From positions 1-64,000 of the forward strand of contig NIVC01001018.1 of NCBI GenBank assembly GCA_002269645.1: a stretch of DNA of 64,000 nt. Reading direction: 5' to 3'. Source of the stretch: Macrostomum lignano (lineage: Eukaryota). This document shows positions 36,101-48,840 of this stretch, one piece after another (the first letter of the stretch is position 1; each line of letters begins with the position of its first letter). The notes under the pieces were generated by a model. It was not told the origin of the DNA. It saw nothing but the letters and a program-made list of their open reading frames with translations, and ran no database searches. The translations under genes were made by a program, and so were the position numbers.

Positions 36101-37257
36101 TCCTACCCGATCACGCGACCGAATTAGGCTTCAGCAGCCAGCAGTCGGAGCTTGTCATCGCCATTGTAGGCGTATCCAATGCTGTGGGCCAGATAGCCAT
36201 AGGCGTGATTGCCGATCATCCGAGGGTGAACGCCACTTTGCTGTACAGCCTGTGCATTGGACTGGCCGGCCTGTCAAACAGCCTCATCCCGCTGTGCGCC
36301 AGTCTGTCAGCATTGATTGTCTATGGCCTGTCGTTTGGCTTCTTGATTAGCGCCAATTTCGCATTGGGCTCCATACTGCTGATTGACAGGTTCGGATTGG
36401 AAAGATTCACGTCTGCCTACGGTGTTATGCTGTTTGTGCAGGGCCTGGCTAGCTTGTTCGGACCGCCGGCTATTGGTAAGCTGTTTGTCTGTTATAGTGC
36501 CTGTTTGTAAGTTGTTTACAGTCTCTGTTTATTGCTTCCAGGCTGTTTTCAGTGTTTGTTTAATAGCTGCTTTCAGTGTCAGTTTAAGCCTGTTTTTGGT
36601 GTCAGTTTATGGCTGTTTTTGGTGTCTGTTTATGGCTGTTTTCAGTGTCATTTTATGGCTGTTTTCAGTGTCTGTTTATGGCTGTTTTTGGTGTCTTTTT
36701 ATGGCTGTTTATGCTGACTGTTTATGGCTGTTTTCAGTGTCTGTTTATGGCTGTTTATGCTGACTGTTTATGGCTGTTTATTCTGACTGTTTATGGCTGT
36801 TTTCAGTGTCTGTTTATGGCTGTTTACATTGTCTGCTTATGACAGTTTATTATCGTGTGTATTTATGGTTGTTTATTATCGTCTCGGTTTATGGCTGTTT
36901 ACAGTGTCTGTTTAAATCTGTCAATCTGTTTAATACTGGATGACTCTGTTCACAGCATCTCTTCACCGCGGCCCCGCCCTCCATCCCCCAGGCTACATGC
37001 GGGACTCGGACGCCAATTACAACCGGGCATTTGTTTACTCCGGAATTTTCATTGCCGCCTCCGCTCTGCTCATAGTGCCGTCCTATTTCCGGTTCTGCCT
37101 TCTGGCCCGGCTCTCCTGCTCCTGCTGCTGCTGGGGTCGCCACCTGAGCTCATCCTCCATTGCCATCTCTTCTGCGGTAGCGCGCACGCCGAATTCTAAG
37201 CAAAGCAGCCAGTCAGTTGAGCCCGAGCTGAAGTCTGCTGAGTCCGAGCATTTATAG
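30111..37257 (+). CDS. Monocarboxylate transporter (SLC16/MFS family), at least 5 coding exons; first exon uncertain
   Basis: Exons 30111-30475, 31190-31623, 31989-32160, 36012-36475, 36992-37257, GT-AG with consistent phases (1701 nt). SLC16 hallmarks DGGYGWAVV, VLVDR|FGCRRV, SYYFRRRRALATGISVSGSGVG, DRFGLERFTSAYG. The start is either ATG 30225 or an upstream exon (candidate ATG near 28791 with a weak donor). Confidence 0.92.
30535..31178. repeat. About 24-25 bp C-rich minisatellite (CTCTCATCCGCCCCCATCACCCACT) filling an MCT intron
   Basis: Tandem copies between exon end 30475 and exon start 31190. Confidence 0.93.
31755..31930. repeat. 27-bp minisatellite (CCCCATATTAATCCCCGAGTTCAGAAT)
   Basis: About 6 tandem copies. 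Confidence 0.9.
32330..32653. repeat. Purine-rich minisatellite (GGGAGAGAGGTAGACAGTAGGA-like); resumes at about 35870-35985
   Basis: The same unit is found on both sides of the gypsy element. Confidence 0.88.
32654..35865 (-). mobile_element. 5'-truncated Ty3/gypsy LTR retrotransposon (PR-RT-RNaseH-IN, 3' LTR only) in an MCT intron
   Basis: Protease VDTGAS (about 35750). RT ORF 34957-35619 (KVDLRSAYWQM, RLQMGMKNASFIFQR) with YQDD damaged by a small deletion. RNase H QTDHQPL (34059-34448). Integrase 33299-34057 (HHCC, FQRIHMD, SDSGAEF, SNGTAERAV). PPT AAGGGGGA at 32910-32903, then an LTR 32900..32654 with TG...CA ends. No gag or 5' LTR seen. Confidence 0.93.
36520..36910. repeat. About 22-bp minisatellite (CTGTTTATGGCTGTTTTCAGTG)
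   Basis: Tandem degenerate copies in the last MCT intron. Confidence 0.88.
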
Positions 37258-38235
37258 TGTGACCTTGAAACTGTTTCTCTTTCAATTAGTAACGATAAGT
37301 TAAATGTTGCAAGTTGTTGACTTTTTTAGTTTATTTGCATTTAGAAGTGGGTGCCTGCTATTTTGCATTTATCCCCTAATTGCTTTGTTTTCTCTGTTTT
37401 GTTTTGTTTTTATTTATTTGCTCAAATAGAATGACAAAAATACGAATGAAACGATGATTGTCGTTTTATATAAGAAACATTCTAAACATCTATGTGCCCT
37501 GTGTATTTTCATTGACTTAAATTGATTTTTATTGTCATAGTATTTAATAATATCAATTATCGCAGTTTTCAGTTTAGACAATTTTTCTTTTTGTTCACAA
37601 ATTAAGCGTTAAAACTTTCAGACGCCGCTGCTTACTTCCGATTCAGTAGTATGTAAAGGAAAATAATAGTTTTTTCTGTATGAGAGATGGCAATTAAAAT
37701 TGCTTAAAGACCTGGGTTTTGTGTCAATGTGTGTTATGAATTGATCCTTTATCAATTTTCACGTGAGTCACGTGACTAGTTTGTTATCAGTACAGAATGT
37801 ACATTACGTTGACGGGACAAATAATGTACATGACAGCCTATAGGGAAAGGGTCCTAATCAAGAGATTGAGCCAAACGGATTTTTAAGTTAAAAAAACCGA
37901 TTCTTGTTACGTTTTCTTCATGGAGGGAAGGGGTAACTGACAAATGTCAGTTTGGAAGTACACCCACGAGGGAGAAAATTCTAGAATGCCCACGAGGTGG
38001 CCGCGTGATTCTATGGTTACAATGGCGTCTGCCCATGTTCGACCTTTCTTAAATAGAAGGTATTTTAACCTACGTACCGGTAGAGAGCTCAATTTCTTGA
38101 CATTTTCCCGTGTTGCTACATGCATATTATACTACTGAATTGTAAGTAGCTAAACAGCGGCCTACACGAATTTTAGTTACATGAATACGAAACAATATCA
38201 TCTGTATAGCGGTTCAATGTGGATTCTGGACTCGA

Positions 38236-38948
38236 TCACGGCACCCAGTGGTGCGGCAGAGTCGGCGGCCACATGGGATGGATCAGGTAGTCGCCCCGGA
38301 CCCTGGTTGGCTGGTACACCAGGCCACGCGGGTGCCTATCGGCTGAGACCGACGCCCAGCGCGCCTGCTGGCCGCTGCCGCACTCTGGGTGTCGCCGACC
38401 AGAAACCGCGCGCAGTCGTTCGCGCTCCACCGGGCCCTGGTACTTCATGTAGCGGTGCAGCGAGGGCTGCGCAGAGCGCTGCCAGTCTGTCATGCGTCTC
38501 TGAGAGTTTGTGGAAGCAAATCAGATAGGTTGCTTTCTCTGTGTTTGCTGGACTCTACCTCTATATTTTCTTGACTCTGACTCCATCAGCCGACTCGACT
38601 CACCCTGGCCTGCGCAAAATCCTCGTCACTTTCGTCATCCGGCAGGCGGCCCAGGCTTGAGACTCGAAACTCCAGCTTCTGGCCGAAGACCTCCTCAACC
38701 GGGTCTTTGTCTGCGTACTGGCGCAGCGCGCCGTCGTCTGGCCGGTCAGCGAATTTGGCGCGCTGACGCTGGCGCGCAACCTGCTCGGACTGCGACCGGC
38801 TGGCGTCAACTGAAGTTGTTTTCAGGGAGGAGACGAGGTCCTTTGGGTTAGTTTAGTTGGTTAGTTAGTTTAGTTAGTCAGTTAGTTAGTTAGTTAGTCA
38901 GTTAGTAAGTCAGTTAGTTAGTTACATGTAGCTAGCTAGTTAGTTAGG

Positions 38949-38996
<48 letters not shown>

Positions 38997-39006
38997 ATGT
39001 TAGTCT

Positions 39007-39063
<57 letters not shown>

Positions 39064-39073
39064 CTAGCTAGTC

Positions 39074-39139
<66 letters not shown>

Positions 39140-39253
39140 CTATTTAGTCAGTTAGTTAGTTAGTTAGTTAGTATGTTAGTCTGTTAGTTAGTTAGTTAGT
39201 CAGTTAGTTAGCTAGTTAGTTAGTTAGTTAGTCAGTTAGTTAGTTAGTTATTC

Positions 39254-39317
<64 letters not shown>

Positions 39318-39352
39318 CGTTAGCTAGTTAGTTAGTTAGTTAGTTAGTTAGC

Positions 39353-39386
<34 letters not shown>

Positions 39387-39437
39387 TTTAGTTTGTTAGT
39401 TAGTTAGTTAGTTCGTTAGTTAGTTAGTTAGTTAGTC

Positions 39438-39475
<38 letters not shown>

Positions 39476-39480
39476 CTAGC

Positions 39481-39511
<31 letters not shown>

Positions 39512-39512
39512 C

Positions 39513-39570
<58 letters not shown>

Positions 39571-39659
39571 TTTAGTTAGTTAGTTAGTTAGTTAGTTATT
39601 TTGTTAGTTAGTTAGTTAGTTCGTTAGTTAGTTAGTTAGTTAGTCAGTTAGTTAGTTAT

Positions 39660-39728
<69 letters not shown>

Positions 39729-42423
39729 CAGTTAGTAAGTTAGTATGAATATAAACATCTGTATAATGTAAGTGTGTACTTTGCTTACCTTGGTAGGTTG
39801 GCTTGCCAGTAACTCCATCGGGGTTGTTAAATCCGGGCACATTGTGCAGTCGACAGGTGAGAAACACCCTGCGTGAGGTGGGCGAAAAATTTATGGTGTG
39901 GTACGTGAGACGACACAGGGGACAGAAGGTGACACAAGGACACAGGTGACAGCATTTTTAAAAGACTAAAATTGGGCACAGACCCTAAAATGCAACTAAG
40001 GACATTCATAGCTCGCATTTTAGATTGCCTTCATTTTGATGCTAAAAGAGCCACATTTGATGCTTAGTGAGTCACATTTGATGCTTAGTGAGTCCCATTT
40101 GATACTTAAAGAGTAAAAAATGCTAAAGGAGTCACATTTGATGCTTAGTGAGTCACATTTGATGCTTAGTGAGTCCCATTTGATACCTAAAGAGTCAAAG
40201 ATGCTAAAGGAGTCACATTTGATGCTTAGTGAGTCACATTTGATACTTAAAGAGTCAAAGATGCTAAAGGAGTCACATTTGATGCTTAGTGAGTCCCATT
40301 TGATACTTAAAGAGTCAAAGATGCTAAAGGAGTCAAATTTGATGCTTAGTGAGTCCCATTTGATACTTAAAGAGTCAAAGATGCTAAAAGAGTCACATTT
40401 GATGCTTAGTGAGTCACATTTGATGCTAAAAGAGTCACATTTGATGCTTAGTGAGTCCCATTTGATACTTAAAGAGTCAAAGATGCTAAAGGAGTCACAT
40501 TTGATGCTTGAGTCCTGACGCCACTGAGGTGTTCAGAAATTCATAGTCTACGTATTCCCTGCTGACCTTGCTATGCTAAGAGAGAACTGCTGAAGTGCTG
40601 GCTGAGACGGGGCTATCGCTGTAGGCGTTGGCGGCGGGAGTAGCTTCCCGAGATGGGGATTTTTCTGCTTAGGCAAAGTGAGGTTCCGATGTGGGCTAGA
40701 TTTAGGGGGCAGATGGGGGCTGAACTAGCTGCCTGCTTGAGAGAGGCGCCGCTTCCACTGGGTGCAAAAGCTTTTTACGGATTTCCTATTTGGCTGGAGA
40801 ATAATTACTGAGGAAGATGGGTATGGGGGGGGCAGCGAGCTGCTGCGTAGAGGTCTGTCTTACTACAGTGCACTTCTGTTACTGACCGAATGCTGTGCTT
40901 ATTGAATGCCTCCCATGATCTGCTGCTGACATAGGGGGATACGCGGGGGAGTGAGCTGTCTGAAAGACAACACCTGAAATAGCTATGAGGTGTAGCTGGA
41001 AGAGAAAGTGAGAGAGTGGGACACCAAGGTGTGAAAAAGATACGAGGTATCAGGACGTAAGATGTGAGAAGAGCATGAGAAATGAGTAGAATATGAGATG
41101 TGAGAAGGACATGAGACGTGAGAAGGACATGAGACGTGAGAAGGACATGAGATGTGAGAAGGATATGAAATTTGAGGACATGAGACGTGAGAAGGACATG
41201 AGATGTGAAAAGGACATGAGATGTGAGAAAGACATATGTGAGAAGCATATGAGATGTGAGAAGGACATGAGAAATGAGAAGCGTATGAGATGTGAGAAGC
41301 ACGTGGGATGTGAGAAGACATGAGATGTGAGAAGGACATGAGATGTGAGGATATTAGATGTGAGAAGGACTTGAGATGTGAGGACATTAGATGTGAGAAG
41401 GATATGAGATGTGAGAAGGACATGAGATGTGAGGACATGAGATTTGAGAAGGACATGAGATGTGAAAAAGACAAGAGATGTGAGGACATGAGATGTGAGG
41501 ACATGAGATGTGAGGACATGAGATGTGAGGACATGAGATGTGAGGACATGAGATGTGAGGACATGAGATGTGAGGACATGAGATGTGAGGACATGAGATG
41601 TGAGGACATGAGATGTGAGGACATGAGATGTGAGGACATGAGATGTGAGGACATGAGATGTGAGGACATGAGATGTGAGGACATGAGATGTGAGGACATG
41701 AGATGTGAGGACATGAGATGTGAGGACATGAGATGTGAGGACATGAGATGTGAGGACATGAGATGTGAGGACATGAGATGTGAGGACATGAGATGTGAGG
41801 ACATGAGATGTGAGGACATGAGATGTGAGGACATGAGATGTGAGGACATGAGATGTGAGGACATGAGATGTGAGGACATGAGATGTGAGGACATGAGATG
41901 TGAGGACATGAGATGTGAGGACATGAGATGTGAGAAGGATATGAGATTTGAGAAGGATATTAGATGTGAGTTCATAAGATTTGAGGTGGGGGTGCGGAAG
42001 TCCCAACCTCCCAGCTCACATGGGTGGATGCGGATTGTTCCGCCTATTTGGCGAGGTCGGCCTCAGCAGAGTCGGCTCGTCCAGGCGCTTCGCCGAATAG
42101 TGCCTCTGGTAGCTGGTCTGGTCAGGCAGCGGCTGCTGGGACTGCGGCTGCGGCAGCTGCTGACGCTGCTGGATCGGCGGCCGCCCGCTCCACATCTCGC
42201 GAGCCTGGCGTCGGATCGCCTCCAACCTGTCGGACGCCACAGGCGCCTGAGTCAGCAGCCAGCGGCGGTTATTATTCTCCGGGATGAAGCTCGGCTTGAT
42301 GCCGCCGATGCCGCCCGCCGCCGCCGCTCCCACAGTTGTCGATCGCCGCTGCTCCTCGTGAGCCCTGTAGAGATTGGACACGGCTTCGCCTCGCTGGGCC
42401 GGCAGTACGTGCCCGGTTGCCAT
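38236..42423 (-). CDS. Uncharacterised 317-aa Q/R-rich protein, 4 coding exons
   Basis: Exons 42423-42020 (ACCATGG start; donor AT|GTGAG), 39868-39789 (CAG|G..G|GTAAG), 38809-38604 (CAG|TT..AGG|GTGAG), 38499-38236 (stop TGA). Phases 2/1/0 all agree, 954 nt. Junction peptide LRPTSPNRRNNPHPPMVFLTCRL. No family recognised. Confidence 0.85.
38850..39745. repeat. (GTTA)n microsatellite
   Basis: About 0.9 kb filling intron 2 of the uncharacterised gene. Confidence 0.97.
40045..40512. repeat. Compound 18/21-bp minisatellite (GAGTCACATTTGATGCTTAGT; AAAGAGTCAAAGATGCTAAAG)
   Basis: Alternating tandem units. Confidence 0.9.
41060..41975. repeat. 15-bp minisatellite (GAGGACATGAGATGT), homogeneous core with degenerate flanks
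   Basis: About 30 perfect copies at roughly 41480-41930. Confidence 0.96.
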
Positions 42424-42429
42424 GGTTAC
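42416..42429 (-). promoter_or_regulatory. RFX X-box motif overlapping the start codon
   Basis: GTAACCATGGCAAC matches the GTNRCC-AT-GGCAAC consensus exactly. Function is inferred. Confidence 0.5.
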
Positions 42430-43159
42430 TAATTACTACTGTTGAAGTTGTAATTTATAATTTTTTCTAAGAAAGAAGATCCGTCGAAACGAAGTTCAAA
42501 TGAAATTGAGAATTCGGAATCCCGTTATCGTTTAGGTTGCGTCTGCAGTATGGTTGAAGGCCGTCTGTCTCTTATTCTTTATATTTTAATAACTGTACTG
42601 CAAACCGGCTCGCGTAGCGACGCCTGGAGGGTGGGGGAGAGAGAGAGAGAAGGAAAGGAGGGCTACAGGCCAGAGAAATTCAATGGGGGTTGATGAAGCC
42701 AAGAAAGAAAGCTTACAGAGTTGCAGAGGCTGCTTTGGAAGGAAATCACCTCCCCCCTTGCCGCCGGTCGCCATGAGCACAGCTGGAGCTGGAGGGGGTT
42801 TCGCAGACTCCAACCGCCCCCCCCTACTCCATTAGCTTGACAACAATGGAACGCTGTGTGCAAAAGAGAGAGAAGAGACGAACCGAGAGTAAAATAGAGA
42901 TTGAAGCAGTTGCCGCTGCACCTGCCTCATCTCCCACGACATGGAAACCCAGCTGAGCAGCTTGGTGGGGGAGCCAGGGGCTTTCAGGGCTGGGCCGGGA
43001 CAATGCCCTCGTATTTATTGATTTGCAAAACGAATTGACTGCTTTTGGTAAAAGTACAAGTCAAAATTCGCATTATTTGTTGATATCTTTGAATCTAAGC
43101 TGGCCAGCCATCTTGCAAACTGTTTTGATTGTCTGACTGGCCATTTCTAAGTCGGCTTG

Positions 43160-44315
43160 GACTCTCAGGCACTCTCTGACTGTCTGACTGTGATTGACTC
43201 TTTGTCTGACTGTCATTGGCTATTGTCTGAATGTCATTATCTCTTTGTTTGTCATTGACTCTCTGTCTGACTGTTATTGACTCTTTGTCTGACTGTCATT
43301 GGCTCTTTGTCTGACTGTCATTGGCTATTGTCTGAATGTCATTATCTCTTTGTTTGTCATTGACTCTCTGTCTGACTGTTATTGACTCTTTGTCTGACTG
43401 TCATTGGCTATTGTCTGAATGTCATTATCTCTTTGTTTGTCATTGACTCTCTGTCTGACTGTTATTGACTCTTTGTCTGACTGTCATTGGCTCTTTGTCT
43501 GACTGTCATTGGCTCTTTGTCTGTTTTTCATTGACTCTTTGTCTGACTGTCATTGGCTCTTTGTCTGACTGTCATTGACTCTTTGTCTGACTGTCATTGG
43601 CTATTTGTCTGTCTGTCATTATCTCTTTGTTTGTCATTGACTCTCTGTCTGACTGTTATTGACTCTTTGTCTGACTGTCATTGGCTCTTTGTCTGACTGT
43701 CATTGGCTCTTTGTCTGTTTTTCATTGACTCTTTGTCTGACTGTCATTGACTCTTTGTCTAACTGTCATTGGCTATTTGTCTGACTGTCATTGGCTCTTT
43801 GTCTGTTTTTCATTGACTCTTTGTCTGACTTTCATTGACTCTTTGTCTGACTGTCATTGGCTATTTGTTTGTTTGTCATTGGCTCTTTGTCTGTTTGTCA
43901 TTGACTCTTTGTCTGACTGTCATTGGCTCTTTGTCTGTTTTTCATTGGCTCTTTGTCTGTTTGTCATTGACTCTTTGTCTGACTGTCATTGGCTCTTTGT
44001 CTGACTGTGATTGGCTCTTTGTCTGTTTGTCATTGACTCTCTGTCTGACTGTCATTGACTCTTTGTCTGATTGTCATTGGCTCTTTGTCTGACTGTCATT
44101 GGCTCTTTGTCTGTTTGTCATTGACTCTTTGTCTGACTGTCATTGGCTCTTTGTCTGACTGTCATTGGCTCTTTGTCTGTTTGTCATTGACTCTGTCTGA
44201 CTGTCATTGGCTCTTTGTCTGACTGTCATTGGCTCTTTGTCTGACTGTCATTGGCTCTTTGTCTGACTGTCATTGGCTCTTTGTCTGACTGTCATTGGCT
44301 CTTTGTCTGACTGTC
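43160..44315. repeat. 22-bp minisatellite (CTCTTTGTCTGACTGTCATTGG)
   Basis: Tandem copies. Confidence 0.94.
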
Positions 44316-44929
44316 GATTTGATTCTCAAGGCACGCTTTTAACTGACTACATTTTAGAAGCTCAAGCACTTACACACTACTGTCAAATAGTTATGGCTAA
44401 ATTATATAACACCATTAGTAAGAAATCCTCTATACTGAGATTTATCGATCTCTCTGCCTGTCGGAAGATGGAAAAATAGCCGCTTCCAGCAGCATATAGT
44501 AAAGCATATAGCAGCATATAGTCTTCCTTCATCGAATCGTAGAAGCTGATAACGGTCTCAGTCAAGGGTTTCTATATACGACTGACTTGACAGGACTAAG
44601 TTACTAAGAATAACATTGTAGCTCTGTAGCATACGAATGCAGGACGACATCTCTGATCTCCCTCTCTAGCCCCGTCATGATTTATTCAGATTTCATGCCA
44701 AATTCGCACGGGAGCTGTGTCTCGTATTTAGAGCGGGAAAATTTTTTTGTCAACGGAAACAACAGCAAAAAAAACGCAAAACTAAAAGTTGCTTTAGCTG
44801 AAAGTATCTTCTTTTGCAAGTAGCAAAGTTGGATTGAATCTGCTTGGAGTGCGATTTTACACTCTACCGACTTCACTGACTGTTTGCGTAATTTCACAAA
44901 CACATGCATCTGTTTTCTCTTCTCTAATC

Positions 44930-46715
44930 TTCTCTCCTCTCCTCTCCTCCCCTCTCCACTCCTCTCCTCTACCCTCCTCTCCTCTCCTCCCCTCTCCACT
45001 CCTCTCCTCTCCTCTCCTCTCCTCTCCTCTCCTCCCCTCTCCACTCCTCTCCTCTACCCTCCTCTCCTCTCCTCCCCTCTCCACTCCTCTCCTCTCCTCT
45101 CCTCTCCTCTCCACTCCTCTCCTCTCCACTCCTCTCCTCTCCACTCCTCTCCTCTCCTCTCCTCTCCTCTCCTCTCCTCTCCTCTCCTCTCCTCTCCTCT
45201 CCTCTCCCCCCAATCCTCTCCTCTCCTCTCCTCTCCTCTCCTCTCCTCTCCACTCCTCTCCACTCTTCTCCTCTCCTCTCCTCTCCTCTCCTCCCTTCTC
45301 CTCTCCTCTCCTCTCCTCTCTTTTCCTCTCCTCTCCTCTCCTCTCCTCTCTTTTCCTCTCCTCTCCTCTCCTCTCCTCTCCTCTCCTCTCCTCTCCTCTC
45401 CTCTCCTCTCCACTCCTCTCCTCTCCTCTCCTCTCCTCTCCACTCCTCTCCTCTCCTCTCCTCTCCTCTCCTCTCCTCTCCTCTCCTCTCCACTCTTCTC
45501 CTCTCCTCTCCACTCCTCTCCTCTCCTCTCCTCTCCTCCCCTCTCCACTCCTCTCCTCTCCTCTCCTCTCCTCTCTTTTCCTCTCCTCTCCTCTCCACTC
45601 CTCTACTCTCCTCTCCTCTCCTCTCCTCCCCTCTCCACTCCTCTCCTCTCCTCTCCTCTCCTCTCCTCTCCTCCCCTCTCCACTCCTCTCCTCTACCCTC
45701 CTCTCCTCTCCTCCCCTCTCCACTCCTCTCCTCTCCTCTCCTCTCCTCTCCTCTCCTCTCCACTCCTCTCCTCTCCACTCCTCTCCTCTCCTCTCCTCTC
45801 CTCTCCTCTCCTCTCCTCTCCTCTCCTCTCCTCTCCCCCCAATCCTCTCCTCTCCTCTCCTCTCCTCTCCTCTCCTCTCCACTCCTCTCCACTCTTCTCC
45901 TCTCCTCTCCTCTCCTCTCCTCTCCTCTCCACTCCTCTCCTCTCCACTCCTCTCCACTCTTCTCCTCTCCTCTCCACTCCTCTCCTCTCCACTCCTCTCC
46001 TCTCCTCTCCTCTCCTCTCCACTCCTCTCCACTCCTCTCCTCTCCTCTCCTCTCCTCTCCTCTCCTCTCCTCTCCTCTCCTCTCCTCTCCACTCCTCTCC
46101 ACTCTTCTCCTCTCCTCTCCACTCCTCTCCTCTCCTCTCCTCTCCTCTCCTCTCCTCTCCTCTCCTCTCCTCTCCACTCCTCTCCTCTCCTCTCCTCTCC
46201 TCTCCCCTCCACTCCTCTCCTCTCCTCTCCTCTCCTCCCCTCTCCACTCCTCTCCTCTCCTCTGCTCCCCTCTCCCCTCCCCTTCTCTCCTCTGCTCCCC
46301 TCTCCCCTCCCCTTCTCTCCTCTGCTCCCTTCTCCCCTCCTCTCCTCTCCTCTCCTCTCCTCTCCTCTCCTCTCCTCTCCTCTCCTCTCCTCTCCTCTCC
46401 TCTCCTCTCCTCTCCTCTACTCTACTCTCCTCTCTTTTCCTCTCCTCTCCTCTCCTCTCCTCTCTTTTCCTCTCCTCTCCTCTCCTCTCCTCTCTTTTCC
46501 TCTCCTCTCCTCTCCTCTCCTCTACTCTCCTCTACTCTACTCTCCTCTCCTCCCTTCTCCTCTCCTCTCCTCTCCTCTCTTTTCCTCTCCTCTCCTCTCC
46601 TCTCCTCTCTTTTCCTCTCCTCTCCTCTCCTCTCCTCTACTCTCCTCTCCTCTCCTCTCCTCTCCTCTCCTCTCCTCTCCTCTCCTCTTCTCGTTCTTCA
46701 CCTCTCCCTCTTATC
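44930..46715. repeat. (CTCCT)n polypyrimidine satellite, about 1.8 kb
   Basis: Almost purine-free plus strand. Confidence 0.97.
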
Positions 46716-47359
46716 CTCTACGCCTTGCCAGATCTTATCGCCAGCAGAAGTCGCAGCTTGAATCCACAGTAACCGGCCACAGTACTGAATGCCATCCATA
46801 CATTACTACAACCAAAGTCACCGAAGTCACCGGACAGCCAGCCAACCAATCTACCCACAGTTCCCCAGTCCTAACGCAATCTGTTTGAACTCCTCATTTC
46901 CCAAGCAAGAGATTGCCTTCTACCTCGAACTGCTTTGTACACCCAAGTATTCTTAGCACCCAAATAGTGCGTGTGCTAGCTCCCATGCCCATCTCATTAG
47001 CCGAGTGGCACTCCCCACTGTGTAATCCATTCCACCCGAACTCCCCGTCTTCAAGAAGCTGCTCAAATCGATGCCTTTGCACGTTTCCTTCACTCATGCC
47101 AATCTGTTCTATCTTGGCCTGTTATCCCCTGCCGCCTGTCCTTGTTGACAGGCCGAGCTCAGACTGGACCGCCATCGATTCAGGATGGGATTGAGGCCGC
47201 TAAAAGCATTGCAGTTAGTTGCTAAGCACTCAGAAACCTACTGTTGCTTAACTCCCACCTCAAAAACAAGCAGGGAATTTATTAATCTTTTAAGCCATGC
47301 ACTCAATCTTCGAGTCAAATCTCATCTGCTTTAATGCTAAAACTTGCACAATTTTCGTT

Positions 47360-47985
47360 TCTATCTCACCCATTCTCTTACTGGATCTCACCCATTCTCT
47401 TACCGGATCTCACCCATTCTCTTACTGGATCTCACCCATTCTCTTACCGGATCTCACCCATTCTCTTACTGGATCTCACCCATTCTCTTACCGGATCTCA
47501 CCCATTCTCTTACTGGATCTCACCCATTCTCTAACTGGATCTCACCAATTCTCTTACTGGATCTCACCCATTCTCTAACTGGATCTCACCAATTCTCTTA
47601 CTGGATCTCACCCATTCTCTTACTGGATCTCACCCATTCTCTTACTGGATCTCACCCATTCTCTTACTGGATCTCACCCATTCTCTTACTGGATCTAACC
47701 CATTCTCTTACTGGATCTAACCCGTCTCCTACTCAATTTCACTCATATCCTACTCAATCTCACCCATCTCCTACTCAATCTCACCCATCTCCTACTCAAT
47801 CTCACCCATCTCCTACTCAATCTCACCCATCTCCTACTCAACCTCACCCATCTCCTACTCAACCTCACCCGTCTCCTACTCAACCTCACCCGTCTCCTAC
47901 TCAACCTCACCCGTTTCCTACTCAATCTCACCCGTTTCCTACTCAATCTCACCTATCTCCTACTCAATCTCACCCGTCTCCGAGA
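47360..47985. repeat. 21-22 bp minisatellites (CTCACCCATTCTCTTACTGGAT; CTCACCCATCTCCTACTCAAT); same family again at about 49330-49570
   Basis: Tandem copies in two separated arrays. Confidence 0.92.
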
Positions 47986-48469
47986 GCAAATAGATTTTAA
48001 GCGTGAAAGCCAAGCAGTAATGACAACATAGTTGCCTTAGTTTTATTGAATATCTAATGAAAAAGAGGATTATTAACTGCTAGAAACTCAAGATTCCCTA
48101 GTTATTGCCGAGTTTCTATACAAACAGACTGAAGGTGAGCGGGGAAAGCCAGAGTGCTTAGCGATGCCTAACAGTGACAGCAGGTGGTGCTGCTAGATGC
48201 TTTTTCTACAGGTGCAAAACTATTCCCAGTTCTTTTACTAAAAAGCTTCATTTTAGTCGCAGTTTTATGAGCAGAGTTACGAAACGATGACTTTTTTTAG
48301 GATTTTCTCAAATAGCGCAAAGAGGACGACATAATAACTGTCAGTATTGACCAGTCTCTGTTATGCATCGATCATCCGGATGGCTGGTCTTTGACCAAGC
48401 GATGTTTCACCAAGTTTGACTTGCCGACTCTGAAATTTAGGCATTCGGGGATGAGTAGCTATAGATTCA

Positions 48470-48840
48470 CTCATGTTGACCTTGACCCATATACTGACCC
48501 TGACACATATGTTGACCCAGACCTAAATGTGGACCCTGACACATGTTGACCCTGACCCATATGTTGACCCTGACCCATATGTTGACCCTGACCCATATGT
48601 TCACTCTGACCCATATGTTGACCCTGACCTAAATGTGGACCCTGACACATATGTTGACCCAGACCTAAATGTGGACCCTGACACATATGTTGACCCTGAC
48701 CGATATGTTGACCCTGACCCATATGTTCACTCTGACCCATAGTTTGACTCTGACCCATATGTTCACTCTGACCCAAAGGTTGACTCTGACCCATATGTTA
48801 ACTCTGACCCATATGTTTACCCTGACCCATAGGCTCACTC
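48470..48840. repeat. 18-bp minisatellite (ATATGTTGACCCTGACCC)
   Basis: Tandem copies. Confidence 0.92.

Noticed and set aside
44320-44900. Hydrophobic minus-strand ORFs (44383-44565; RFFCCC-like tail) hinting at a membrane protein
   Set aside because: No coherent frame, splice sites or recognisable motif.
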